Origin: Candidatus Thorarchaeota archaeon
GTDB lineage: Archaea; Asgardarchaeota; Thorarchaeia; Thorarchaeales; Thorarchaeaceae
Direction of reading: 5' to 3'
Assembly: GCA_048882385.1 (NCBI GenBank)
Contig: JBHLRQ010000016.1
Coordinates: 1 to 34,771, forward strand
DNA: 34,771 nt
Position 1 is the first letter of the stretch; each line of letters starts with the position of its first letter. The position numbers and the translations under genes are program-made. Under the pieces are notes generated by a model. The model saw nothing but the letters and a program-made list of their open reading frames with translations, did no database searches and was not told where the DNA came from. This document shows, one piece after another, positions 26,721 through 34,771 of this stretch.

Positions 26721-28886
26721 ATGAATAGAACGAGTAAATTGTTTGCACTCCTTGTTATCACAATGATGTTTGTAGGAGCCGTACAAACTCAAATGCAAGC
26801 TTCAGTTGTAAGTCATGAGAACCTGATAACACCAACTGAGAGAATTGTCTTCTCAGGCTATGATTCTCCCAATATCACAGTGGTTCATAATAGCCCGGCT
26901 AATGGGAGTACTCAATCAGGAACTTTCAACATTAATATCGATACTACATCAGACTATGGCTCCCTGAACTTAACTCTCTATGTTGAAGGCGCAGTATATA
27001 GTGGACATGATCACGAAAACCTCACTGATGGAAATCATAATATCAATGTGGATTCGACAACTCTTGCTGAGGGGATGCTGAACTTTACTCTCCTCTTTGA
27101 GTTCTTGGCGGAGAGAGAATCTGTCTATCTGCTTTATTTTGTTGACAATGAGGTGCCAAACTTTGAGTTTGCCCTATACAATCCTGCTAATGGAACGACA
27201 ATCAGTAGTGTAGTCAGTATAAATATCAACGCCACACATGACTTTGGATTTCTGAATCTCACAGTACTGGTTGATGGAGTGGCTCAAGCACCTTATGATC
27301 CCTTACTCATTCCGTCAGGGGACACAAGCGTAATTATAGACACTAGCACTCTCTGGGAAGGATACAATAACTTCACTCTACTCTTTGAGTACGATGTCTT
27401 GGTAACCAGCTTCACTACAACCATATACCTCGAATATTTGGTTGACAATGATGGTGAACCAATTTCTGTTGATCATCAATCACCAGCATTTGGGTCAGAG
27501 GTGTCTGGCTCATTTGACTTGGTTCTGCTGATTGGATCTCAATACGAGCCATTGAACCTTACTCTCTATGTAGAAGGAATAGTTCAAGAAGGTTTCAACA
27601 AGACTCCAATAGGAATTCGTGAACAGACTATTTCTGTAAACACAACTGGATTGCCAGAGGGTTCTCTCAACTTCACACTGGTATTAGAGTACAATGTGAC
27701 TGGTGAGAACGCGAGAGCAGTTTACTATATCTTATTCACTGTAAATAATCATGGACCGCCAGGATTGGAATTTCTTGCTCCTGCAGAATTCGAAACCATT
27801 ACAGGATTGGCGGATCTATATCTGAATATTAGTTCAACATACGCCTATGGCGACATCTTCCTGAACGTAACTGTTGATGGACAGTTAGCAGACGAATTCA
27901 GAGGAACTCTTGTGGCGGCGGGTGCCAATAACTACACATTGAACTCAAGCCGATATGAAAATGGCAATCATATTGTCACTGTCACCGTCTACACGACAGA
28001 AGGTGAACAGATTACAATTACTCGTGAGTTTGTTTTCTTGGACTATGTCAGAGCTTTTGTATCACAATTAGCTAATTTTGAGGAAGTTTCTGGAGTTGCG
28101 CAAATCAGACTAAGGGTTGAAACACCATATGATAATGCTACAGTTTCTCTATACATTGATGATGTTCTAGCACAAGATGTTTCCAATATCACAGTTTTAC
28201 CGGGTGTGAACATTGTTCCTGTGAACACAACTGTGTTCCCAGAAGGCGAGTCGGTTTTCACTTTCTGTACATATGACGGATTAGGTCATGTCTGGAAACA
28301 TACGATTACATTGATAATAGACAACCATGGACCACCTGTGCTTAGGTTCGCGACAACTTCTGATGTTTTGGTGGGTCTTGCAGAGTTTGTCGTTGATGTT
28401 CAGACGGAGTTATCAAATATCTATGCCTCTGTTTATGTTGATGATGAACTTCTGGATGATTATGTGAATGAAAGTATAGACGTGAGTGGTGGAACATTCA
28501 CATTTTACATTGATGTAGGTGCTTACAGCAAAGCAGAACATATTGTGACGGTTGTCATGTTCACTGAAGAAGGCGAGAGGTCTGAGGTAGAAAGAGCATT
28601 TGGGTTTGCTTCATTCCGAATCGAAGAGATCGTAAGTGGAATAATTCTACTTGGTGTCGCGCTATTCATTCCTCTGTACAGATGGAGGAAGGGACAATCT
28701 ATGCGACCAGCAATTATAGTCGACCTTATTTTCTTCGCGGTTGTTGCGGCTGCATTCTTTATCCTAGGCATCACAACAATTCCGTTTCTGTTATGGCACA
28801 TAAATCTGGCCAGCATTTGGGCTATAGGAAGTGCTCTAATCTTTGCTAATTGGGTCTTGCCAATAGTAATGATGGAAGAGGAATAG
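26721..28886 (+). CDS. Surface glycoprotein with about six Ig-like repeats and a C-terminal 3-TM anchor
   Basis: Signal peptide; roughly 100-aa beta-rich repeats (SPANGS...LNLTLYVEG...VDN); about 20 N-x-S/T sequons; three C-terminal hydrophobic helices. Confidence 0.85.
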   Translation: MNRTSKLFALLVITMMFVGAVQTQMQASVVSHENLITPTERIVFSGYDSPNITVVHNSPANGSTQSGTFNINIDTTSDYGSLNLTLYVEGAVYSGHDHENLTDGNHNINVDSTTLAEGMLNFTLLFEFLAERESVYLLYFVDNEVPNFEFALYNPANGTTISSVVSININATHDFGFLNLTVLVDGVAQAPYDPLLIPSGDTSVIIDTSTLWEGYNNFTLLFEYDVLVTSFTTTIYLEYLVDNDGEPISVDHQSPAFGSEVSGSFDLVLLIGSQYEPLNLTLYVEGIVQEGFNKTPIGIREQTISVNTTGLPEGSLNFTLVLEYNVTGENARAVYYILFTVNNHGPPGLEFLAPAEFETITGLADLYLNISSTYAYGDIFLNVTVDGQLADEFRGTLVAAGANNYTLNSSRYENGNHIVTVTVYTTEGEQITITREFVFLDYVRAFVSQLANFEEVSGVAQIRLRVETPYDNATVSLYIDDVLAQDVSNITVLPGVNIVPVNTTVFPEGESVFTFCTYDGLGHVWKHTITLIIDNHGPPVLRFATTSDVLVGLAEFVVDVQTELSNIYASVYVDDELLDDYVNESIDVSGGTFTFYIDVGAYSKAEHIVTVVMFTEEGERSEVERAFGFASFRIEEIVSGIILLGVALFIPLYRWRKGQSMRPAIIVDLIFFAVVAAAFFILGITTIPFLLWHINLASIWAIGSALIFANWVLPIVMMEEE

Positions 28887-28889
28887 TTC

Positions 28890-29753
28890 CTAAAGCAAAC
28901 GCGTGACTGGAATATCGGTCGATGTTTCAGAGGTCCACTTGGCGAAGGAGGTAAATATACCCAGTTGGTCCTTTGGGATTATTGACCGAATTTTCTTCAC
29001 CTTCCATCTTGAAGATACTCCCGCAGTTCGTGAGATGACAATATCTGCAAACTCCAAACCGTGCCTTGTAACATCTGCTACGAACAATGCAGTCTTTTTG
29101 TCTTCCTTCGAAACTACTCCGACACCTACCAATCTGTTGTCTGAATAGAACTCAAGCAAGTTTCCAACTGTTTCGTGGTCTATTACTCTTCCAGCAAGCT
29201 CGGCCAATGAACCGGGATAGGCAATATTAGAAAACCTCATTGATTTTGGCAGTTTGGCAGCATCTTTCAGATAGACTGTCTTTACCTTAGTAGTTCTCTT
29301 CTGAGGAATCTTTGAACTGGACAGATGAACATTCATAATTGAACCACGGGCAAAGTAATTCACCTTCATCCAATAATTATATGCAGATGGGGGTGTGGTT
29401 GCGATGACTCGAACAACCTTCTTTTTTCGAAGAACCTCTTCTGCAGCTCTAGTTAGTTTAGTACCAATCATTGATTTTTGGTTTCTAACATCAATGTCTA
29501 GGTTTCGAATTATTCCTACTCTACCACTTACTGGATTCTTCTCATATCTGAACACTATCTCTCCAACGACTCTGCCCCTTTCTTCTGCTACAAGCCAACC
29601 CCATCTCTCAAAAGCTGCCCCTCGATGTTCATCTTTTACTTGCTCAAGAGTTGTGTACCCTCCATCTTGTACTCTATGAAACCAACGAGTTCCTTGGTAC
29701 ACTTCTAGAAGATCCTTGCAGTCCTTCATTACACCTTGTCGTATGGTGACCAT
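28890..29753 (-). CDS. GNAT-domain protein with a basic C-terminal domain
   Basis: VTIRQ, WLVAEERGRVVG and IRNLDID...QKSMIGTKL; ATG 29753 follows AGGTG. Confidence 0.78.
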   Translation of the reverse strand: MVTIRQGVMKDCKDLLEVYQGTRWFHRVQDGGYTTLEQVKDEHRGAAFERWGWLVAEERGRVVGEIVFRYEKNPVSGRVGIIRNLDIDVRNQKSMIGTKLTRAAEEVLRKKKVVRVIATTPPSAYNYWMKVNYFARGSIMNVHLSSSKIPQKRTTKVKTVYLKDAAKLPKSMRFSNIAYPGSLAELAGRVIDHETVGNLLEFYSDNRLVGVGVVSKEDKKTALFVADVTRHGLEFADIVISRTAGVSSRWKVKKIRSIIPKDQLGIFTSFAKWTSETSTDIPVTRLL

Positions 29754-29820
29754 TGCTAGAAACACCTGACAGATTGTATTTGATTTGTGAATAACATAAA
29801 ATCATGTAAGACATCCTGAT

Positions 29821-30753
29821 CTAAGGGACTAGATAATCACTCAGTTTTAAGCTGCGTTCGCTCAACTCCTTGGCACTAGGACCAAAGAGATACAAGATTG
29901 GTTCGACACCTATTCCTCCCGGAACATGGATAGCAGGATAGATAGTTCCTTTGCTTGGTAATTCTGGTGCAGTCTTCAATGATTTAATGATTCTAGACGT
30001 TAAGCTCTCTGGGTCAGGAATTGACACAACCTTGAAACCGCTTTTTCTTGCTGCATGAATGACTTCGCTCCTACCACTCACACACAAGCATGCTCTTACA
30101 CGGTTCCAATCCTTTCTTGCATGCAATAACAACTCAGCGGTATGTGTTGATGCTCCGAATTGTGGACTAACGAGTGCTCTAGCATATCCATCAACTACTG
30201 TAATACGTCCTGGAACACCAACAACTTCTTTCACGGATTTAGCTTGTTCATTGCAGGCTACGAAATTAGCTCGAACTTGCGGTACGATTGAAGGAAAAGT
30301 TCTGGACTGTTCAATAATACGAAGAGCATCAAGTATGTCACTAATAACTATGGCTCGTTCGGCCAGACTGTCATCTCTTCCACCTAGGAGCTTGGAGCAT
30401 ACTTGGCAATTTGCGTCCTTTAGAGAAGGAACACTCTTCTGATGCATTTCACACAGTGTAGATCCAATCCGAGAACGCATACAAGTTGAGCATATTTCTT
30501 GAACAATTTGATCTTCTGTGTAATCACTGGTCCTCATCAATTCAGTGAGTTTCTCAGTGAGGAATCCGATTTCGTTTCCAAGTTTTGATTTTATAACTGG
30601 CTCACTTAGGTACTTGCTTATGGCAGCTTGTGTCATGTTCATCTTGGAAGCGATTTCTGTTTGTGAGAATCCCTCATCCTTGAGAGAACGTGCAACAAAT
30701 ATTCTGACGACTCTCAGAAAGTCTCTCTGTACGATTTCACATGGAGGTTTCAT
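29821..30753 (-). CDS. thiR: ThiR thiamine regulator (HTH + Cys/His linker + ThiN-like sensor domain)
   Basis: MKPPCE...SQTEIA...TQAAISKY HTH; ThiN-like GVPGRI, PQFGASTH and GGIGVEP; divergent from a thiamine ABC transporter. Confidence 0.88.
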   Translation of the reverse strand: MKPPCEIVQRDFLRVVRIFVARSLKDEGFSQTEIASKMNMTQAAISKYLSEPVIKSKLGNEIGFLTEKLTELMRTSDYTEDQIVQEICSTCMRSRIGSTLCEMHQKSVPSLKDANCQVCSKLLGGRDDSLAERAIVISDILDALRIIEQSRTFPSIVPQVRANFVACNEQAKSVKEVVGVPGRITVVDGYARALVSPQFGASTHTAELLLHARKDWNRVRACLCVSGRSEVIHAARKSGFKVVSIPDPESLTSRIIKSLKTAPELPSKGTIYPAIHVPGGIGVEPILYLFGPSAKELSERSLKLSDYLVP

Positions 30754-30772
30754 CTCAAATCACACCACTTTC

Positions 30773-30803
30773 TATAACACTGTTATAAGAAGCGTTATAA
30801 GAA
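30773..30803. promoter_or_regulatory. Candidate ThiR operator overlapping divergent TATA boxes
   Basis: Perfect palindrome TATAAC-act-GTTATA (30773-30787), plus direct repeat GTTATAAGAA at 30782 and 30794. Confidence 0.65.
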
Positions 30804-30834
30804 TGCTTGCATGTCTTTCATTTGGTGACGCACT

Positions 30835-31959
30835 ATGACGGAGTACCCTGTCAGAAGAGACCCTCGACAAATTATCGCTGTTGTTTCAGTCGTAGTAGTT
30901 TTGTTGGTTGCTACATATGCAATAGTGACTTGGTGGAAACCGAGGTTTGTAGTCTATACATATAGTAGCTTTCTCGATTATGGTGACGAGGGTGCTGAAG
31001 CCGTATTAGAAAGAGCCTTTGCCGCGTTTGAAGCCCAATATGGAATAGATGTTGAGATCATCTTGCTTGATGCTGACGCAAATGGCATCATTGCGAAGTT
31101 GAATGCCGAATCAGCGAATCCAATCGCAGATGTTGTCATAGGCATAGACAACATTCTCATTCTCCAAGAGGCTGCAAGAAATGTTCTTGAGCCATATATT
31201 TCACCGAACCTCAACCTCATCAACGAGTCATTTGCAGAAGCCTTAGATCCCGATCATTATCTCACACCTTTTGACTTTGGACTTGTCACGTTGATTTATT
31301 CCACTAGCACAATCAACACCACAACTCATCCACAACTTGGGAACCTTACTTTTGCAGACCTAGAATCTTCAGAATTGGCTTCTTCATTAGTTACTGAGGA
31401 CCCACGCTACAGCAGTCCCGGTCTGGCATTCTTACTCTCACAAATTGCGGTCTATGAAGAAATACTCCATGAGGACTGGACTACTTGGTGGGAAACCATC
31501 AAGGAGGATATAGATGTTCAAGAGGGGTGGTCTGAGGCATGGGAATTATGGACTAATGACCCAACAAAGCACTTGATGGTCAGCTATGGTACAGATCCAG
31601 CATATTCTTCAAAATGGCTTGGCGGTGCAGAGCCTGATACTCGAGTTGCTCCATTTTACTACAATAATGAGTCATGGGCTTGGATGCAGGTCGAGGGAGT
31701 AGGGTTAGTCAAGAATGGACCAAATCCAGAATTGGGAAAGGCATTCATAGATTTCTGTCTAAATGAATCTGTGCAAGTGGAGATACCACTCAATCAATGG
31801 ATGTTTCCAGTGAGAACTGATTTGACTCTTCCCAGTGTCTATCAATATGCAATCCATCCAGATGAAATCAGCTTACTCAATGACTTATTGAATCCCACAG
31901 TGATATCCGCAAACCTCACGATTTGGCTTGATGACTGGTTAGCAAAAAGAACTCCATAG
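30835..31959 (+). CDS. thiB: Thiamine ABC transporter substrate-binding protein
   Basis: VYTYSSF, ADVVIGIDN, PFDFG, DPRYSSPGLAFL, GWSEAW, VSYGTDPAY, QVEG and NQWMFP. Confidence 0.9.
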   Translation: MTEYPVRRDPRQIIAVVSVVVVLLVATYAIVTWWKPRFVVYTYSSFLDYGDEGAEAVLERAFAAFEAQYGIDVEIILLDADANGIIAKLNAESANPIADVVIGIDNILILQEAARNVLEPYISPNLNLINESFAEALDPDHYLTPFDFGLVTLIYSTSTINTTTHPQLGNLTFADLESSELASSLVTEDPRYSSPGLAFLLSQIAVYEEILHEDWTTWWETIKEDIDVQEGWSEAWELWTNDPTKHLMVSYGTDPAYSSKWLGGAEPDTRVAPFYYNNESWAWMQVEGVGLVKNGPNPELGKAFIDFCLNESVQVEIPLNQWMFPVRTDLTLPSVYQYAIHPDEISLLNDLLNPTVISANLTIWLDDWLAKRTP

Positions 31960-31970
31960 GTGGAAATCTA

Positions 31971-33620
31971 TTGGACAGACAGAAATTGATGAGATATGCA
32001 GTGTTAGCGCTCCCAATGATTCTTCTAGTATCATTTCTTATAGTCCCCGTCCTAACGGTTATTGCTCAGGGTCTAATGTCAGAGAGCGGAACTTCTCTAA
32101 TTGAAGTAGTTTCTTCACCGTCTACTCAGTTTGGGATTCAGTTCACAATAATCCAAGCATCACTGAGTACACTCCTGGTTATCATTCTTGGTCTTCCAGG
32201 AGCATTCATTCTTGCTAGATTACGCTTTCGTGGGAAATCACTTGTGAGAGCACTAATGATAGTCCCTTTTGTTCTGCCGCCAATTGTTGTAGTCATTGGA
32301 TTCAACCAGATGTTTGGAGCTTATGGTGTCATTGATTCAGTTATGATGTGGATTCAGTCCTCAAGTCTATCAGTTTTTAATCTGGCTGAAGGGATTCCAG
32401 GAATTATCCTTGCACACACTTTCTATAATATACCCTTAGTAATTCTCATGGTTTCAGCATCTCTAGAAAGATTAAACCCTGAAATTGAGGAGAGTGCGGA
32501 GCTGTTAGGTGCTTCATTCCATCAGAAGTTCAGGAGAATCACTCTTCCGCATATTATACCCTCGCTACTTGCATCAGCCATACTAACATTCCTCTTCTGT
32601 TTCATGTCTTTTCCAATAATCCTTGCATTTGGTCAAGGAAGATACCTGACAATTGAAGCACAGATATGGAATGCCTTCAGGTTTTTTGATTATGGTGAGG
32701 CAAGCTCTCTTACCCTGATTCAGATTCTTATCACTTTATCATTAGCATTCGTCTATGTCAGACTCGGTCGCCAATCAGCTAGTAATGAAGGAGTCACAGC
32801 TTCGATTAAGACCATTGACTTCAACCAATACCTTCTAAGAGAACGATTGTTGCTGGTATCGTATATCCTGTTGATTATTGTGTTAATCATCGGGCCCATT
32901 GTAACAATCATTAGAGCTGCTATCTACAACCCCAATAATGGCTTGTTGACCTTGGATGGATTTTATAATCTCTTAGTAGGTGGAAGTCGAGGTGGATTCA
33001 CTCAATTCGTTAATTCCATATTCTATGCGGGTTTGGCAACCCTATTTGCTGTAATCCTTGGTATTCCTCTTGCATTGGCAATGCGTTCAAAGTCAAGGAC
33101 TATTCCTACCTTGGCTTCAACGATGATTTTCCTACCTCTTGGTGTTTCATCAATTAGTGTTGCATATGGTCTTATGCTGACCATTGCCGTACCAACAGGT
33201 CTTGTGACAAATCCATGGCCAATTATTGTGATTGCCCAAACAATCATCGGATTACCATTCAGTGCGAGAGCAATTGAGATATCAATGAGAAATATCGATC
33301 CAGCATTGTTAGATCAAGCAGACTCTCTGGGTGCATCAAGAATGCAGAAACTATTGTTTGTCGAATTGCCGCTTCTTGCACCCGGCGTACTTGTGGGTGG
33401 CGTGTTTGCATTCGCTATGGCAATCGGAGAAATGTCAGCAACATACCTCATCGCCCTACCTCAGAACTACACTCTGGCTGTAGCAATATACGAGAATTAC
33501 GCAAGTAGACATTTTGTAGAAGCTGGAGCAGCTGCACTCATCCTTGTCATCATGTGTGTTATTGCGTTTCTACTAATGGAACGGATATCTGAAGGAAGTA
33601 CAACAGGAGGTGCACTTTAA
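31971..33620 (+). CDS. thiP: Thiamine ABC transporter permease (fused double TMD)
   Basis: PFVLPPIVV, LAHTFYNIP, and two EAA loops (EESAELLGAS, DQADSLGAS). Confidence 0.9.
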   Translation: MDRQKLMRYAVLALPMILLVSFLIVPVLTVIAQGLMSESGTSLIEVVSSPSTQFGIQFTIIQASLSTLLVIILGLPGAFILARLRFRGKSLVRALMIVPFVLPPIVVVIGFNQMFGAYGVIDSVMMWIQSSSLSVFNLAEGIPGIILAHTFYNIPLVILMVSASLERLNPEIEESAELLGASFHQKFRRITLPHIIPSLLASAILTFLFCFMSFPIILAFGQGRYLTIEAQIWNAFRFFDYGEASSLTLIQILITLSLAFVYVRLGRQSASNEGVTASIKTIDFNQYLLRERLLLVSYILLIIVLIIGPIVTIIRAAIYNPNNGLLTLDGFYNLLVGGSRGGFTQFVNSIFYAGLATLFAVILGIPLALAMRSKSRTIPTLASTMIFLPLGVSSISVAYGLMLTIAVPTGLVTNPWPIIVIAQTIIGLPFSARAIEISMRNIDPALLDQADSLGASRMQKLLFVELPLLAPGVLVGGVFAFAMAIGEMSATYLIALPQNYTLAVAIYENYASRHFVEAGAAALILVIMCVIAFLLMERISEGSTTGGAL

Positions 33621-34675
33621 TGGCAAAAGTTGAGCTTCGAGGTCTGGTGAGAGAGTTTGACGATGGAACACGAGTCGGACCGATTAATCTCACTGTGAAC
33701 GATGGGGAACTGCTTGTCCTTCTAGGTCCATCAGGAAGTGGTAAAACGACCACACTCAGAATGGTCGCAGGTTTTATCGAGCAGGTTGAAGGAAAATTGC
33801 TGTTTGATGGACATGACATGATTGATGTACCACCCCGAAAGAGGAACATAGGTATGGTCTTTCAATCAGTAGCACTATTTCCAAACATGAGTGTCTATCA
33901 AAACATCTCCTTTGGACCTGAGATGGCTGGGTGGTCACGAGAGAGAACTATTGAGCGAGTTGAGGAACTTGCAGACCTGCTAGGGATTCGACACCTCCTA
34001 TTGAGAAAAATCAATGAAATTAGTGGTGGAGAGGCTCAACGTGTTGCACTCGCACGAGCATTGGCTAAAGAACCTGAACTTCTTTTACTTGACGAACCAC
34101 TAACTGCTTTGGATCCCGAACTGAGAGAGAAACTTCAGACAGAGATAAGGCGCATTCAGAGAAAACTGGAGATTACTACGATTTACGTCACACACAGTCA
34201 AGATGAGGCGTTTGCGATATCTGATAGAGTTGCAATCTTAGATGATGGGATTGTAAGTCAAGTTGGAACTCCTGAGGAACTCTATGATTCTCCAGCCAAT
34301 GAGTTTGTAGCTAGATTCCTGGGAAGTGGCAACATCTTTAGAGGAAAGATTATTGAGAATAACGATGGACAGCTCTTAGTTCAAGTAAATGAAAGTAAAT
34401 TCCTGTTCCCAGGGGAGGGGGAAGTAGGAGAACATATCACATTCAGTGTGAAACCAGAGGATGTTTTTATCTCAGCAGAAGAGAAAGAGGATTGGGTGAG
34501 GGGATATATTTTGTCCATTACGCCTCAAGTCGGTTCATTCAAGATAACTATCAATTTCGAAGATAGTCATATCATTGCTCTGACGACTGATGAACGTTTA
34601 GTCAGACAACTGAGAGCAATGAGTGACTATGGTATTTACTTTGCCTTTGATGCTGAGTCAGTTTTCATCTTCTGA
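33620..34675 (+). CDS. thiQ: Thiamine ABC transporter ATPase
   Basis: GPSGSGKT, ISGGEAQRVALARAL, LLLDEP and YVTH; TAATG coupling with thiP. Confidence 0.9.
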   Translation: MAKVELRGLVREFDDGTRVGPINLTVNDGELLVLLGPSGSGKTTTLRMVAGFIEQVEGKLLFDGHDMIDVPPRKRNIGMVFQSVALFPNMSVYQNISFGPEMAGWSRERTIERVEELADLLGIRHLLLRKINEISGGEAQRVALARALAKEPELLLLDEPLTALDPELREKLQTEIRRIQRKLEITTIYVTHSQDEAFAISDRVAILDDGIVSQVGTPEELYDSPANEFVARFLGSGNIFRGKIIENNDGQLLVQVNESKFLFPGEGEVGEHITFSVKPEDVFISAEEKEDWVRGYILSITPQVGSFKITINFEDSHIIALTTDERLVRQLRAMSDYGIYFAFDAESVFIF

Positions 34676-34771
34676 CGGCTCGGAATATTCTCCTGGTGGC
34701 GGAGGGATGTGATCACGTTTGGTTTCAGGCATTGGTTCATATTCAGGTTCTAGTTCAGGTTCTGGTTCAGG
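34658..34771 (-). CDS. 3' end of a gene entering from the right edge, with a Pro/Glu-rich tail
   Basis: Manual translation gives PEPEPELEPEYEPMPETKRDHIPPPPGEYSEPSEDEN*; overlaps the thiQ end by 18 nt. Confidence 0.7.
   Translation of the reverse strand, partial: PEPEPELEPEYEPMPETKRDHIPPPPGEYSEPSEDEN

Noticed and set aside
30754-30834. TPP riboswitch upstream of thiB
   Set aside because: The region is too short and AT-rich, and lacks the GCUGAGA and other aptamer motifs.
155-33849. Many 60-136 aa antisense or alternative-frame ORFs in the track
   Set aside because: They overlap confidently assigned genes and have no motifs; treated as shadow ORFs.

Overview
Gene-dense archaeal chromosomal window with about 30 CDSs. 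I found no rRNA, tRNA, CRISPR array or transposase. Archaeal-type MAT, thermosome, Rpo6, Ard1, AK6 and ThiR, together with several orphan membrane and surface proteins, suggest an Asgard archaeon, possibly Thorarchaeia; this is an inference, not a search result. Contents in order: 3' part of mat; an M3A oligopeptidase; several hypotheticals; a membrane-anchored MBL hydrolase; a VIT-vWA surface protein; an RNase Z-like MBL protein; an SPFH/zinc-ribbon protein; a solitary N6-adenine methyltransferase; an AK6/ard1/ARMT1/thermosome/rpo6/MgtC/hisS/MEMO1 block; MFS, ACT and GNAT genes; a glycyl-radical activase; a six-Ig-repeat surface protein; and thiR divergent from thiBPQ. Best leads: (1) an unannotated 33-codon glycyl-radical-enzyme C-terminus coupled to the intact activase, with TGA at the radical-glycine codon; (2) RNA polymerase subunit Rpo6 fused to an N-terminal tandem helix-hairpin-helix module; (3) a hisS leader with mutually exclusive anti-SD and anti-anti-SD helices; (4) recurrent bacterial-style 3' hairpins; (5) an SPFH gene and a helical-protein gene 7.4 kb apart that share a promoter motif; (6) a palindromic candidate ThiR operator.
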